From Xanthobacteraceae bacterium (GTDB lineage Bacteria > Pseudomonadota > Alphaproteobacteria > Rhizobiales > Xanthobacteraceae), in assembly GCA_035699705.1 (NCBI GenBank), contig DASSPI010000089.1, forward strand, positions 130-64,129: a stretch of DNA of 64,000 nt, in the 5' to 3' direction. Below are positions 41,321 to 54,781 of this stretch, one piece after another. How positions within the stretch are numbered: the first letter of the stretch is position 1; every line of letters starts with the position of its first letter. The position numbers were made by a program, and so were the translations under genes. Below the pieces are notes generated by a model. That model saw only the letters and a program-made list of their open reading frames with translations. It was not told where the DNA came from and ran no database searches.

Positions 41321-41470
41321 CTAGCGGTTCTTGTAGAACTTGTCGTTCGGGATGGTGATGGTGATTTCCCGCGGTTTCGGTTCGACGAAGCGGGCCAGCG
41401 AAAACACCGCGCCATAGGCTATGCCGCTCAGAATCCCGAGGAAAATCAGGAACCGGAATAAACTAGGCAT
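41321..41470 (-). CDS. Small membrane protein (49 aa), function unknown
   Basis: Internal ATG; MPSLFRFLIFLGILSGIAYGAVFSLARFVEPKPREITITIPNDKFYKNR; one TM helix. Divergent from aroK. Confidence 0.45.
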   Translation of the reverse strand: MPSLFRFLIFLGILSGIAYGAVFSLARFVEPKPREITITIPNDKFYKNR

Positions 41471-41610
41471 GCTGGGCTCGTGCGGTCCAATCCAGGACCA
41501 TGGGGACAACGATCACGTTACGAAGGCTCTGACAAGGCCCCAGTTCCGTATTTAGAATGAATGGTTTAAGGAACCATGGCGGCGTTTTCGAGACCGCTAT
41601 CCCGGCATCC

Positions 41611-42222
41611 ATGGCAACCGACAGAAATCTTGTGACAGGCAATTCCGACGCCGAGCTGCTGGCGGCCCTTGGGCCGCGTTCGCTGGTGCTCGTCGGGATG
41701 ATGGGTGCGGGCAAATCCTCCATCGGCCGCAAGCTGGCGCAGCGGCTCAACCTGCCCTTCGTCGACGCCGATGCCGAAATCGAGCGCGCCGCCGGCATGA
41801 GCATCAGCGACATTTTCGCCGAGCACGGCGAGCCTTATTTCCGCGCGGGCGAGGCGCGGGTGATCGCGCGCCTGCTTGACAGCGGGCCGCAGGTGCTGGC
41901 GACCGGGGGCGGCGCCTTCATGCATCCGCAATCGCGCGAGGCGATCCGCGCCAAGGGCATCTCGGTCTGGCTGAAGGCGGAATACGACGTGCTGATGAAG
42001 CGCATTAGACGGCGCAGCGACCGGCCCATGCTGAAGACCGGCGATCCGGGGGAGACGCTGCGGCGTCTTATGCAGGAGCGCGATCCGGTCTATGCCGAGG
42101 CTGATGTCATCGTGCATTCGCGCGACGTGCCGCACGAAATCATCATCGCGGAAATCATTTCGGCAGTGGCGCCGCGGCTGCAAGAGATCGGCGCCATTTC
42201 GGCGGGAGCCCGCATGTCATGA
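41611..42222 (+). CDS. aroK: Shikimate kinase
   Basis: Walker A VGMMGAGKSSIGRKLA; ..LATGGGAF... Start chosen at MATDRNL; the track ORF starts at 41557. 4-nt overlap with aroB. Confidence 0.92.
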   Translation: MATDRNLVTGNSDAELLAALGPRSLVLVGMMGAGKSSIGRKLAQRLNLPFVDADAEIERAAGMSISDIFAEHGEPYFRAGEARVIARLLDSGPQVLATGGGAFMHPQSREAIRAKGISVWLKAEYDVLMKRIRRRSDRPMLKTGDPGETLRRLMQERDPVYAEADVIVHSRDVPHEIIIAEIISAVAPRLQEIGAISAGARMS

Positions 42223-43352
42223 CCGCGCCGCTTCGCCCCGGAGAGCCGGTAACCGTCAACGTGCCGCTCGGCGAGCGCGCCTATGACATTGTCATCGGGC
42301 GCGGCCTTATTTCTTCGCTCGGCAAGCGGCTTGCCGCGCTGCGGCCGAACGTGCGCGCCGCCATCGTGACGGATTCAACGGTGGCCAAGCTTTATCTCGA
42401 CATGGCGGAAGCCGCGCTGAACGAAGCCGGTATCGGTTCCGTGCGCATCATCGTGCCCGAGGGCGAGAAGTCGAAAAGCTTCCGCGTGTTCGAGCGCGTC
42501 TGCGAGACCATGATCGCGGAGCGCATCGAGCGCGGCGACGTGGTGGTAGCGCTCGGCGGCGGCGTGGTCGGCGATCTGGCGGGTTTCGCGGCGGCGGTGG
42601 TGCGGCGCGGGCTCGACGTCGCGCAGGTTCCGACGACGCTCCTGGCGCAGGTGGATTCTTCGGTGGGCGGCAAGACCGGCATCAATTCGCAGCACGGCAA
42701 GAATCTGATCGGCGCTTTCCACCAGCCGATTCTTGTGCTCGCCGATACCGCGCTGCTTGACACATTGCCGCCGCGCGAATTTCACGCCGGCTACGCCGAA
42801 GTGGTCAAATACGGGCTGATCGGCGACGCCGCTTTCTTTTCCTGGCTGGAAGCCAATTCGCGCGATGTGTTTGCGGGCGGAGCGGCGCGCGAACATGCCA
42901 TCGCCGTCAGTTGCCGCGCCAAGGCCGGCACCGTGGCGCGCGATGAGCGCGAAAGCGGCGAGCGCGCTCTGCTCAATCTTGGCCATACATTCGGCCATGC
43001 GCTGGAAGCGGCGACCGGATTCTCCGACCGCCTGTTGCATGGCGAGGGCGTGGCCGTCGGCATGGCGCTCGCCTTCGCCTTCTCGGCGCGGCGCGGCCTG
43101 TTGCCGGCATCGGAGGCTGAGCGGGTGGCGCACCATCTGGCCGCGGCCGGATTGCCGACCCGGATATCGGACATTGCCGGCGAATTGCCCGGGCCGGACC
43201 GCCTGCTGGAATTGATGGCGCAGGACAAGAAGGTGAAGCGCGGCAAGCTCGCGCTCATCCTCGCGCGCGGTATCGGCGCGGCCTTCATCGAGCCCGACGT
43301 CGATCAGGCGGAGATCCAGGCCTTCCTGGCCGAGGAGCTTTCGGCGCGCTAG
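42219..43352 (+). CDS. aroB: 3-dehydroquinate synthase
   Basis: 377 aa. GGGVVGDLAGFAAA, VPTTLLAQVDSSVGGKTGIN and LNLGHTFGHALE. Confidence 0.96.
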   Translation: MTAPLRPGEPVTVNVPLGERAYDIVIGRGLISSLGKRLAALRPNVRAAIVTDSTVAKLYLDMAEAALNEAGIGSVRIIVPEGEKSKSFRVFERVCETMIAERIERGDVVVALGGGVVGDLAGFAAAVVRRGLDVAQVPTTLLAQVDSSVGGKTGINSQHGKNLIGAFHQPILVLADTALLDTLPPREFHAGYAEVVKYGLIGDAAFFSWLEANSRDVFAGGAAREHAIAVSCRAKAGTVARDERESGERALLNLGHTFGHALEAATGFSDRLLHGEGVAVGMALAFAFSARRGLLPASEAERVAHHLAAAGLPTRISDIAGELPGPDRLLELMAQDKKVKRGKLALILARGIGAAFIEPDVDQAEIQAFLAEELSAR

Positions 43353-43628
43353 CTAGACGCCGCCTTCGCCCGGCGCCTTGGCATGGATGGCGAGCGCATG
43401 CACGCCGCCGGCAAGTTCCGCCGCCAGCGCCGAATTAATCATCCGGTGCCGGTCGACCCGGCTCTTCCCCCGGAAGGCCTCCGACACGATATACACGCGG
43501 TAGTGCGTTTCCCCGCCAGGCCGATGGCCGGCATGACCTTTGTGCTGGTCGGATTCGTCCACCACGCTCAGATTTTCCGGCGCGAAAGCCTCGGTCAACT
43601 TTCGCGTGATTACATCTTTCGTTTGCAT
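43353..43628 (-). CDS. BolA-family protein
   Basis: 91 aa from internal ATG (MQTKDVITRKL...). LSVVDESDQHKGHAG...YRVYIVSEAFRGKSRVDRHRMI. Start coordinate derived from the track frame arithmetic. Confidence 0.85.
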   Translation of the reverse strand: MQTKDVITRKLTEAFAPENLSVVDESDQHKGHAGHRPGGETHYRVYIVSEAFRGKSRVDRHRMINSALAAELAGGVHALAIHAKAPGEGGV

Positions 43629-43705
43629 AACTGCGGTAGGAAGCGGCATTTGCCCAATTGTCAAGACTTGAAGCTGAAGGCGGCGAAACCGCATAATCCC
43701 GAACT

Positions 43706-44332
43706 ATGAAATTCGACTCACCTTATTTCGACCGTATCCGGGTCAAGCCCAATCCGGACCGGCGCGTACGCACCGAGAGCCCGGCCTGCGACTGGAAGGG
43801 CTGTGAGGCGTCGGCGACGCATCGCGCGCCGAAGGGCCGGCAGCGCGAAAAGGAATATTGGAACTTCTGCCTCGCGCATGTGCGCGAATATAACCAGTCC
43901 TACAATTTCTTCGCCGGCATGAGCGACGACGCGGTGGCGCGCTATCAAAAGGATTCGATCACCGGCCACCGTCCGACCTGGAAAATCGGCATGAACGGCC
44001 CGGTCAATGACACGGTGAAGCGGCGCGCGCGCTACTCCGGCTTTGACGGCGCCGATGATCCCTTCGACGTGTTCAAGGAGACCGGCGGCCGCTGGCGCGC
44101 GGGCTCCGAGCCGCAACAGCCGGAAGGCCGCATGATCCGCAACGCCGAGCGCAAGGCGCTGCATGACCTCGGTCTGGAGAACGACGCCACCAAGGCGGAT
44201 GTGCGCACCGCCTTCAAGGCGCTGGTGAAACAGCATCATCCGGATACGAATGGCGGCGACCGTTCCACCGAGGACCGGCTGCGCGACATCATCCAGGCCT
44301 ACAAATACTTGAAGTCGGTCGGCTTCGCCTGA
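43706..44332 (+). CDS. J-domain (DnaJ-like) protein
   Basis: 208 aa. C-terminal J domain with HPD motif (AFKALVKQHHPDTNGGDRSTEDRLRDIIQAYKYLK). Confidence 0.8.
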   Translation: MKFDSPYFDRIRVKPNPDRRVRTESPACDWKGCEASATHRAPKGRQREKEYWNFCLAHVREYNQSYNFFAGMSDDAVARYQKDSITGHRPTWKIGMNGPVNDTVKRRARYSGFDGADDPFDVFKETGGRWRAGSEPQQPEGRMIRNAERKALHDLGLENDATKADVRTAFKALVKQHHPDTNGGDRSTEDRLRDIIQAYKYLKSVGFA

Positions 44333-44529
44333 CCGCCAAAGGCCCGCCGGCGCAGCAACCCTGCCCCGCCTTTCAAGACCTGCCGGGAATACCTATCTAC
44401 TTGGTAGGATTGGGTTAGCGGGTCCGGTTTCGCCCCGCCAAAAGTTTTCTGCTAGGTTTCCCGTCCCGAATCTGGACCATATCGCCGAACCGCGGCGGGT
44501 TTCGAGGGGTTCGAAACCACGGAGGATCA

Positions 44530-45516
44530 ATGAGTGCCGCAGTGCAAGAGATAGCCGGCCTACCGGACATGAAGGTGTCGGTCCGCCAGCAATTCGGAAT
44601 CGACAGCGACCTGGAGGTGCCGGCTTATTCCCAGGCCGACGAACACGTGCCGGAAATCGACTCCGATTACCGCTTCGACAGGCCGACCACGCTTGCCATT
44701 CTTGCCGGCTTTGCGCGCAACCGCCGCGTGATCGTCACCGGTTATCACGGCACCGGCAAATCCACCCATATCGAGCAGGTCGCCGCGCGGCTGAACTGGC
44801 CGATGGTGCGCGTCAATCTCGACAGCCACATCAGCCGTATCGATCTGATCGGCAAGGACGCCATCGTGATCAAGGATGGCCAGCAGGTCACCGAATTCCG
44901 CGACGGCATTCTGCCCTGGGCCTACCAGAACAACGTGGCGCTCTGTTTCGACGAATACGACGCCGGGCGGCCTGACGTGATGTTCGTGATCCAGCGCGTG
45001 CTGGAATCCTCCGGCCGGCTCACGCTGCTCGACCAGAGCCGCGTGATCAAGCCGCATCCGGCTTTCCGCCTGTTCGCCACCGCCAACACGATCGGGCTCG
45101 GCGACACCAGCGGGCTTTATCACGGCACGCAGCAGCTCAATCAGGCGCAGATGGACCGCTGGTCGATCGTGACCACGCTCAACTATCTGCCGCATGACAA
45201 CGAGGTCGAGATCGTGCTGGCGAAGGCCAAGCACTACCGCACCGAGGAAGGCCGCGACATCGTCAGCAAGATGGTGCGCGTCGCCGATCTCACGCGCAAC
45301 GCCTTCATGAACGGCGATATCTCCACGGTGATGAGCCCGCGCACGGTGATCACCTGGGCGGAGAATTCCGACATCTTCAAGGATATCGGCTTCGGCTTCC
45401 GCCTGACCTTCCTGAACAAGTGCGACGAACTCGAGCGTCCGATCGTGGCGGAGTTCTATCAGCGCTGCTTTGGGCAGGAGCTGCCGGAGAGTTCCGTGAA
45501 CGTAGCGCTGAGCTGA
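44530..45516 (+). CDS. cobS: AAA+ (MoxR-like) ATPase annotated as cobaltochelatase subunit CobS
   Basis: 328 aa. Walker [10 protein letters not shown] and Walker [13 protein letters not shown]. Typical CobS length and termini. Confidence 0.88.
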   Translation: MSAAVQEIAGLPDMKVSVRQQFGIDSDLEVPAYSQADEHVPEIDSDYRFDRPTTLAILAGFARNRRVIVTGYHGTGKSTHIEQVAARLNWPMVRVNLDSHISRIDLIGKDAIVIKDGQQVTEFRDGILPWAYQNNVALCFDEYDAGRPDVMFVIQRVLESSGRLTLLDQSRVIKPHPAFRLFATANTIGLGDTSGLYHGTQQLNQAQMDRWSIVTTLNYLPHDNEVEIVLAKAKHYRTEEGRDIVSKMVRVADLTRNAFMNGDISTVMSPRTVITWAENSDIFKDIGFGFRLTFLNKCDELERPIVAEFYQRCFGQELPESSVNVALS

Positions 45517-45527
45517 AACTTAAAATC

Positions 45528-45599
45528 GTCATGCGCGGGCTTGACCCGCGCATCCATCAATTTCGCAAATGATGGATTGCCGGACGAGCCGGCAATGAC
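45528..45599. repeat. REP-like double hairpin (GTCATGCGCGGGCTTGACCCGCGCATCC ... GGATTGCCGGACGAGCCGGCAATGAC)
   Basis: Two GC-rich palindromes in the cobS-cobT spacer. Confidence 0.65.
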
Positions 45600-45620
45600 G
45601 AAGGAGAGAAGCCGCCAAGC

Positions 45621-47558
45621 ATGGCCTCCAATCAGAAACCAAAGCCGTCCGCCAAGCACTCGCCTGCCGAGCCGTTCAAGCGCGCGGTGGCCGGTTGCCT
45701 GCGCGCGATCGCCAAAAAACCGGGCGTCGACGTCAGCTTTGCGGCCGAGCGGCCGGGCCTCGCCGGCCTGAAGGCGCGGTTGCCGGAGCCCGCGCGCAAG
45801 CTGACGCAGCAGGAGGCCGCCATCGTGCGCGGGCATGCCGATGCCATGGCGCTGCGGCTCGCCTGCCATGATCCCGCCGTGCACCGCCGAATCCAGCCGG
45901 GCGGACAGCAGGCGCGTGCCGTGTTCGAGGCGGTAGAGCAGGCGCGCGTCGAAGCCATCGGCGCCCGGCGCATGGAGGGCGTGGCGCGAAATCTTTCCGC
46001 CATGCTCGACGACCGTTTTCACCGCGGCAAGGCGGGCGAGGTCACCGATCGCGCCGATGCGCCGCTCGAGGACGCGCTCGCCATGCTGGTGCGCGAGCGG
46101 CTGACCGGGCTTGCCCCGCCGCCGGCCGCCAAGCATCTGGTCGATCTGTGGCGGCCGCTGATCGAAGAGCGCGCCGGCAAAAATCTCGACCGCCTGGAAC
46201 GGCTGGTGGAAGACCAGCGCCGCTTCGGCGATGCCATCCACGATCTGCTCGATAACCTCGACATGGGCGAGGACCGCAGCGAGAGCGAAGGCGACGAGGA
46301 AGAAGACAGCGAGGAGCAGCGCAGCAAGAAAGACGAAGAGGGCGAGGACGGCGAGAACAAGGAATCCGAAGAAGCCGAGCGCATGCGCGCGGAAGAGGCG
46401 GAATCCTCGAGCGAGGATCAGCCGGATGAAGCCGCCGAAGGGGCGGAAGCATCCACCTCCGACCTGATGGACGACACCGAGGGCGAGGACGGCGACGAAG
46501 CCGCGCAGCCCTGGCGTCCGCGCGCCGGCCGAAACGAACCGCGCGGGCCCGATTACCGGCCGTTCACAACCCGCTTCGACGAGATCGTGCCGGCGGAACA
46601 GCTTTGCGACGCCGACGAGCTCGATCGCCTGCGCGCCTATCTCGACAAGCAATTGTCCAGCCTGCAGGGCGTCGTCGCCCGCCTGGCCAACCGGCTGCAA
46701 CGCCGCCTGATGGCGCAGCAGAACCGCGCCTGGGAATTCGACCTGGAAGAGGGCGTGCTCGACGCCTCACGGCTCTCGCGCATCATCATCGATCCGATGC
46801 ATCCGCTCTCCTTCAAGCACGAGAAGGAAACCAATTTCCGTGACACCGTCGTCACGCTGCTGCTGGATAATTCCGGCTCCATGCGCGGGCGCCCGATCAC
46901 CGTGGCCGCAACCTGCGCCGACATTCTGGCGCGCACGCTGGAGCGTTGCGGTGTGAAGGTGGAAATCCTCGGCTTCACGACGCGGGCCTGGAAGGGCGGA
47001 CAGTCGCGCGAAAACTGGCTCGCGGCCAACAAGCCGGCCAATCCCGGCCGCCTGAACGATTTGCGCCACATCATCTACAAATCCGCCGACGCGCCCTGGC
47101 GGCGTGCGCGCAAGAATCTCGGATTGATGATGCGCGAAGGCCTGTTGAAGGAGAATATCGACGGCGAGGCGCTTGATTGGGCGCATAGGCGGCTGTTGGC
47201 TCGCTCCGAGCAGCGCAAGATCTTGATGATGATCTCCGACGGCGCGCCGGTCGACGATTCGACCCTGTCGGTCAACCCGGGCAATTATCTCGAGCGCCAC
47301 CTGCGCTGGGTGATCAACGAGATCGAGACGCGCTCGCCGGTCGAACTCATCGCCATCGGCATCGGCCACGACGTGACGCGCTACTACCGCCGCGCCGTCA
47401 CCATTGTGGATGCCGAGGAGCTCGGCGGCGCGATGACTGAAAAGCTTGCCGAACTGTTCGACGAGCAGGCCGCCGAGGCGCCGTGGCGGCCGCCGGTGCG
47501 CAAGCCGGACGTCTGGTCGCGGAAATCCGCCACCTTCCTTGATCCGACCAAGCACTGA
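45621..47558 (+). CDS. cobT: VWA-domain protein annotated as cobaltochelatase subunit CobT
   Basis: 645 aa. Central acidic Glu/Asp-rich insert and a C-terminal VWA/MIDAS region ([14 protein letters not shown]). Confidence 0.88.
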   Translation: MASNQKPKPSAKHSPAEPFKRAVAGCLRAIAKKPGVDVSFAAERPGLAGLKARLPEPARKLTQQEAAIVRGHADAMALRLACHDPAVHRRIQPGGQQARAVFEAVEQARVEAIGARRMEGVARNLSAMLDDRFHRGKAGEVTDRADAPLEDALAMLVRERLTGLAPPPAAKHLVDLWRPLIEERAGKNLDRLERLVEDQRRFGDAIHDLLDNLDMGEDRSESEGDEEEDSEEQRSKKDEEGEDGENKESEEAERMRAEEAESSSEDQPDEAAEGAEASTSDLMDDTEGEDGDEAAQPWRPRAGRNEPRGPDYRPFTTRFDEIVPAEQLCDADELDRLRAYLDKQLSSLQGVVARLANRLQRRLMAQQNRAWEFDLEEGVLDASRLSRIIIDPMHPLSFKHEKETNFRDTVVTLLLDNSGSMRGRPITVAATCADILARTLERCGVKVEILGFTTRAWKGGQSRENWLAANKPANPGRLNDLRHIIYKSADAPWRRARKNLGLMMREGLLKENIDGEALDWAHRRLLARSEQRKILMMISDGAPVDDSTLSVNPGNYLERHLRWVINEIETRSPVELIAIGIGHDVTRYYRRAVTIVDAEELGGAMTEKLAELFDEQAAEAPWRPPVRKPDVWSRKSATFLDPTKH

Positions 47559-47585
47559 CGCAAGCCGGGTCGGGGAGGGGGCATC

Positions 47586-48596
47586 GTGCTACGTTTCTCC
47601 CAGCCGCCCTTGCATTTGGCCCGGCGCTGCCTGACCGCAGCTGCGATCCTGTTTTCGGTCGCGCCCGCGCTGGCGCAGGGCCGCATCGACATCCATGCCG
47701 CGCCGATCAGCCATTTCGATCTTCGCGACCGTGACCTGCGCCGGTTCGGCAAGCTGGAATTCCGCGGCGGATTGCAGCTGACCTCACCGACGCGGGACTT
47801 CGGCGGCCTCTCCGCGCTGCGCATGCAGCCGGACGGCAGCCGCTTCATCGCGGTGACCGATGCCGGGCGTTGGCTGCGCGGCCGCGTGGTCTATTCCGGC
47901 TCCGCGCCGAGCGGCATCGCCGAGGCGGAAATGGCGCCGATGCTCGGGGCGGACGGCAGGCGTCTTGTTGCGCGCGGCTGGTTCGATACCGAAGCGATCG
48001 CGGAGGATGCCGGCGCGATCTATGTCGGCATCGAGCGCGTGCATCGCATCGTGAAATACGATTTTGCCAAAAGCGGATTCCAGGCGCGCGGTGTGCCGAT
48101 CCCGCTTCCGCCTGAGTTCAGGGACATGCCGTCGAACAGAAGTATCGAGGCGCTGGCTTTCGTGCCGAAGGGCTTGCCGCTCGCCGGCACGCTGATCGTG
48201 ATCACCGAGGCGGCTCTCGACGGCGCGGGAAACAATCGGGCTTTCCTGCTCGGCGGTCCGAGCCCGGGTGCTTTTTCCGTCAAGCGCGTGGACGATTTCG
48301 ACGTGACCGATTGCGCAGTGCTGCCCGGGGGCGATCTCGTGATATTGGAGCGCCGTTTTTCGTTGCTGCGCAGCGCTTCACGCATCCGCAGGATCGCATC
48401 AGCTGATCTGCGGCCGGGTGCGACGGTCGATGGCAGCGTGGTCTTCTACGCCGACTTGGGGCAGCAGATCGACAATTTCGAGGGCCTCGCCGTGCACCGC
48501 ACGGCCTCGGGCGAGACGGTGCTTACGCTCGTCTCCGACGACAATTTCTCGCCGCTGCAACGGACGCTGCTGATGCAGTTCACGCTGGTGGATTAG
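47586..48596 (+). CDS. Secreted esterase-like activity of phytase family protein
   Basis: GTG start, signal peptide ..APALAQG. FGGLSALRMQPDGSRFIAVTDAG and NFEGLAV..VLTLVSDDNFS are typical of the phytase-like esterase domain. Confidence 0.7.
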   Translation: MLRFSQPPLHLARRCLTAAAILFSVAPALAQGRIDIHAAPISHFDLRDRDLRRFGKLEFRGGLQLTSPTRDFGGLSALRMQPDGSRFIAVTDAGRWLRGRVVYSGSAPSGIAEAEMAPMLGADGRRLVARGWFDTEAIAEDAGAIYVGIERVHRIVKYDFAKSGFQARGVPIPLPPEFRDMPSNRSIEALAFVPKGLPLAGTLIVITEAALDGAGNNRAFLLGGPSPGAFSVKRVDDFDVTDCAVLPGGDLVILERRFSLLRSASRIRRIASADLRPGATVDGSVVFYADLGQQIDNFEGLAVHRTASGETVLTLVSDDNFSPLQRTLLMQFTLVD

Positions 48597-48679
48597 AGTT
48601 CAGCGGGTGCAGCATTCTCCCTTAGTCCCTCCCCGCAAGGCAGCGATAACGCCCCAGCTTCCGCACTGCGCTCATGAAT

Positions 48680-48707
48680 GAAAAATGGCCGGGACAAGCC
48701 CGGCCAT
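48680..48707 (-). terminator. Intrinsic terminator of rpmB (also REP-like hairpin)
   Basis: Minus strand: ATGGCCGGG-CTTG-TCCCGGCCAT followed by TTTTTCATT, 28 nt after the rpmB stop. Confidence 0.7.
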
Positions 48708-48734
48708 GACCAAGAGAAAGCTGAAAGTTGTAGC

Positions 48735-49046
48735 TCAGCCCGCCGCCGGTTCGGTCGCGGCCGCGGCCGCCCGTTTCTTCTGCACCTGGCGTTTTAATTC
48801 GAGCGCGCGGGGCGAGAGCTGGTCGGCCTTGGCCTTGAGCAGGAAAGCATCGAGCCCGCCGCGGTGGTCCACCGTCTTGACCGCATTCGCGGAGATCCGC
48901 AGGCGCACCCGCCGGCCAAGAACTTCCGACGAAAGGGTGACATTGCAGAGGTTCGGCAGGAACCGCCGCTTGGTCTTATGATTGGAGTGGCTGACCTTGT
49001 GCCCAACCTGAGCACCCTTGCCGGTCAATTCGCATCGCTGCGACAT
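48735..49046 (-). CDS. rpmB: 50S ribosomal protein L28
   Basis: 103 aa. [33 protein letters not shown] is the L28 signature. Confidence 0.95.
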   Translation of the reverse strand: MSQRCELTGKGAQVGHKVSHSNHKTKRRFLPNLCNVTLSSEVLGRRVRLRISANAVKTVDHRGGLDAFLLKAKADQLSPRALELKRQVQKKRAAAAATEPAAG

Positions 49047-49123
49047 GGCTGAAACCTCGAAATTCAGGGCCCCGCGCTGGATGCGCCCGGGCAGTGCCTA
49101 TCTTTTTGCGAGAGCAGGCGAAC

Positions 49124-49152
49124 GTATAAGGGACGGCGGCTGAAGGCGTCAA
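49124..49152 (-). promoter_or_regulatory. Sigma-70-like promoter candidate for rpmB
   Basis: Minus strand TTGACG-N17-TTATAC, about 75-100 nt upstream of the rpmB ATG. Confidence 0.35.
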
Positions 49153-49335
49153 GCCAAAGCCTTCCGGCCTCCGGCAGGCACTTCATACAAACGACGTATT
49201 CCCCGCCGAGACCACAGCAGGAATCTGTTGTTAAGCCCGGCATTTGCGGCCATTACGGCTCGTTCGGGCCTGCGTGTTATGCTACGCGCGGGAACCTGTC
49301 ACCAGGCTTGGGCCGGGCAAAAAGGACCGACTTTC

Positions 49336-50196
49336 GTGCTGCCAATCCGGCTCGACTTACCGCGCCTGCTGCAAGCCAGCGCTGCTGCGCTCACCGTCTT
49401 GGCCTGCGCGGCCCCGGCGGCCGCCTACGCGCAAGCCAAGCTCGACGCGCGCTACACCGCGTCGCTGGGCGGCGTCACCATCGGCCGCGGCGCCTGGGTG
49501 ATCGACTTCCGGGATGACCAGTACACCGCCGCTGCCAGCGGGATGGCTACCGGCCTTTTGAAGATGTTCGCCGGCGGCACGGGCACCAGCGCGTCACGCG
49601 GCAACGTCGCCAATGGCCAGCCGGTGCCGCGCAGCTATGCCGCGACCATCACCGCCAACAAGAAAAAGGATGAGATCGAGATAACGATCGAGAATGGGGC
49701 GGTGAAGGATTACACGGTCAAGCCGCCCTCGCCGCCGGATCCGGAGCGCGTGCCGATCACGGAGGCCCATCGCCGCGGCGTCACCGACCCGATGACGGCC
49801 TCGCTGGTGCGGGCGGCGGGCGGCGCCGATCCGATGACGCCGGAAACCTGCCAGCGCTCGAGCGCGGTTTTCGACGGCCGCATGCGCTACGACCTCCGTC
49901 TGGCCTTCAAGCGCATGGAGAAGGTGAAGGCGGAAAAGGGCTATCAGGGGCCGGTGGTTGTCTGCTCGGTTTCGTTCGCGCCGCTGGCGGGCCATATCCC
50001 CAGCCGCGCGGTCATCAAATACCTGACCTCGATGCAGGATTCCGAAGTGTGGCTCGCGCCGGTCGCCGGCACGCGTATCGTGGTGCCGTTCCGCATCTCG
50101 GTGCCGACACCGGTCGGCGACGCCGTTTTGGAGGCGACGCAGTTCGTGGTGACCCCGGCGCCGCGCGTGACGCCGACCAATGCCAAGGCGCTGTGA
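49336..50196 (+). CDS. DUF3108 domain-containing exported protein
   Basis: Signal peptide LLQASAAALTVLACAAPAAAYA. ..YTASLGGVTIGRGAWVIDF.. and ..FDGRMRYDLRLAFKR.. resemble DUF3108. Start uncertain: GTG 49336 chosen; ATG 49279 and TTG 49228 are possible. Confidence 0.7.
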   Translation: MLPIRLDLPRLLQASAAALTVLACAAPAAAYAQAKLDARYTASLGGVTIGRGAWVIDFRDDQYTAAASGMATGLLKMFAGGTGTSASRGNVANGQPVPRSYAATITANKKKDEIEITIENGAVKDYTVKPPSPPDPERVPITEAHRRGVTDPMTASLVRAAGGADPMTPETCQRSSAVFDGRMRYDLRLAFKRMEKVKAEKGYQGPVVVCSVSFAPLAGHIPSRAVIKYLTSMQDSEVWLAPVAGTRIVVPFRISVPTPVGDAVLEATQFVVTPAPRVTPTNAKAL

Positions 50197-50264
50197 CATA
50201 GCGCGCGAGCAGTGAAAGTGGGTACCGGTTTTGCGGCGCAATGAAGCTTGCGCAGATTGCGTAT
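50197..50264 (+). repeat. REP/MITE-like unit (..TAGCGCGCGAGCAGTGAAAGTGGGTACCGGTTTTGCGGCGCAATGAAGCTTGCGCAGATTGCGTAT)
   Basis: Matches the reverse complement of 40146..40185 and is directly repeated at 50528..50582. Confidence 0.7.
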
Positions 50265-50527
50265 ACTTCGCGGATCATGCGCTCTTGACTCTTTGAGCCG
50301 ATGGAGTCCGCCGTCGTTAACGCTTTCGGCATGATCGTGACGGCTGCAAAAGCGGCGCTGCCCATGATGTTGTGGAGCGCTGAGGGCCAAGCCCCAGATG
50401 TCGCGGTGAACGGAATCTGATTCACCTCCGAGTACCGATTCGGCCGCGATTCGTTCGAGACTCGTTCTACAGCTTAAGGCCGGCGCTTTCGGGCGTCGCA
50501 TTGTGATACAGAAACGCCGCGCGTTCA

Positions 50528-50582
50528 GCAAAAGTGGCCCGGTTTTGCCGAACGCGATCAAGCTTGCGCAGATTGCCTATGA
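50528..50582 (+). repeat. Direct repeat of the 50215..50264 unit (GCAAAAGTGGCCCGGTTTTGCCGAACGCGATCAAGCTTGCGCAGATTGCCTAT)
   Basis: Shares AAGCTTGCGCAGATTGC and AAAGTGG..CCGGTTTTGC with the first copy. Confidence 0.7.
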
Positions 50583-50618
50583 CCTTATCTGCGCTATGCA
50601 CTTAACCCTTTTTGGACA

Positions 50619-50662
50619 GGGCGTTTTCTCCACGCGAACCGGGTTCCACTTCGCTTGAAAAC
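50619..50662 (-). repeat. Inverted member of the GAAGTGG(G)AACCGGTTCGC repeat family
   Basis: The reverse complement CGTTTTCAAGCGAAGTGGAACCCGGTTCGCGTGGAGAAAACGCC matches the inner hairpin of 40081..40103. Confidence 0.6.
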
Positions 50663-50705
50663 GTCCTAGAGGGACCGAAACTCCCTCCCATCAGCCGGAC
50701 GATCG

Positions 50706-53828
<3,123 letters not shown>

Positions 53829-53840
53829 GCCGCTTGATGA

Positions 53841-54212
53841 TTGGATCGCCAGCGCATTGATAAGTGGTTGTGGCATGCGCGGGTCGTGCGCACACGCAGC
53901 GCTGCCGCCGACCTTGTCACCTCGGGCCTGGTGCGGCTCAACCGTGAGCGTGTCACCGCGCCGAGCCGGCCGGTGCGGGCCGACGACGTGATCACCGTCG
54001 CGCTCGATCGGCAGGTGCGGGTCATGAAAGTGGTAGGCTTCGCGGAGCGGCGGGGCGATGCCGAGGCCGGGCGGGTGCTTTATGCCGATCTCACCCCGCT
54101 ACCTCCGCCGCGCGACGAATCACCCAGGGTCGCGGCCCGCGAGGCCGGGTCGGGCCGGCCGACCAAACGCGACCGGCGCGCCATCGACCGGCTGCGGGAT
54201 GAGGAAGAATGA
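53841..54212 (+). CDS. RNA-binding S4 domain protein (Hsp15/HslR-like)
   Basis: TTG start; RIDKWLWHARVVRTRSAAADLVTSGLVRLN is an S4 domain. Confidence 0.8.
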   Translation: MDRQRIDKWLWHARVVRTRSAAADLVTSGLVRLNRERVTAPSRPVRADDVITVALDRQVRVMKVVGFAERRGDAEAGRVLYADLTPLPPPRDESPRVAAREAGSGRPTKRDRRAIDRLRDEEE

Positions 54213-54292
54213 AGGCGCAGCCGTCTCTTGCGCCCTCTCGATCGCTGGGTTAGGCCACGGCTTACCGCCGCCACCTGCTAGCTGGGTTTCCG

Positions 54293-54628
54293 ATGCCTTA
54301 CGTCGTCAATGAAAACTGCATCAAATGCAAATACATGGACTGCGTAGAGGTCTGTCCGGTGGACTGTTTCTACGAAGGCGAGAACATGCTCGTCATCCAC
54401 CCGGACGAATGCATCGATTGCGGCGTCTGCGAGCCGGAATGCCCGGTCGACGCGATCAAGCCCGATACCGAACCCAACCTGGAAAAATGGGCCGGCTTGA
54501 ACGCCGAGTTCGCAAAAATCTGGCCGAACATCACCACCAAAAAAGAGCCGCCTGCGGATGCCAAGGAGTGGGAAGGCAAGCCGGATAAAGAAAAATACTT
54601 TTCTCCGAAACCCGGTACCGGCGACTGA
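54293..54628 (+). CDS. fdxA: 7Fe ferredoxin
   Basis: 111 aa. [29 protein letters not shown]...[12 protein letters not shown]. Confidence 0.95.
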   Translation: MPYVVNENCIKCKYMDCVEVCPVDCFYEGENMLVIHPDECIDCGVCEPECPVDAIKPDTEPNLEKWAGLNAEFAKIWPNITTKKEPPADAKEWEGKPDKEKYFSPKPGTGD

Positions 54629-54781
54629 ATCATTCGCGTGCCGCCCGTCGGGATAAAAACCTTGGGTGGAAGCGTGGCTTGAGCCCGGCGGAACCGAAGC
54701 GGGCGGTGGGCGATTTTAACCAAGGCCGCTATTTTGCGGGTGACGAATACGTGAATTGCAGCTTTGCAGCTCCATAAGGCT

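Noticed and set aside
44333-44529. Possible cobalamin riboswitch upstream of cobS
   Set aside because: I could not find a B12-box-like core or the expected multi-stem architecture by eye. This would need an Rfam scan to be definitive.
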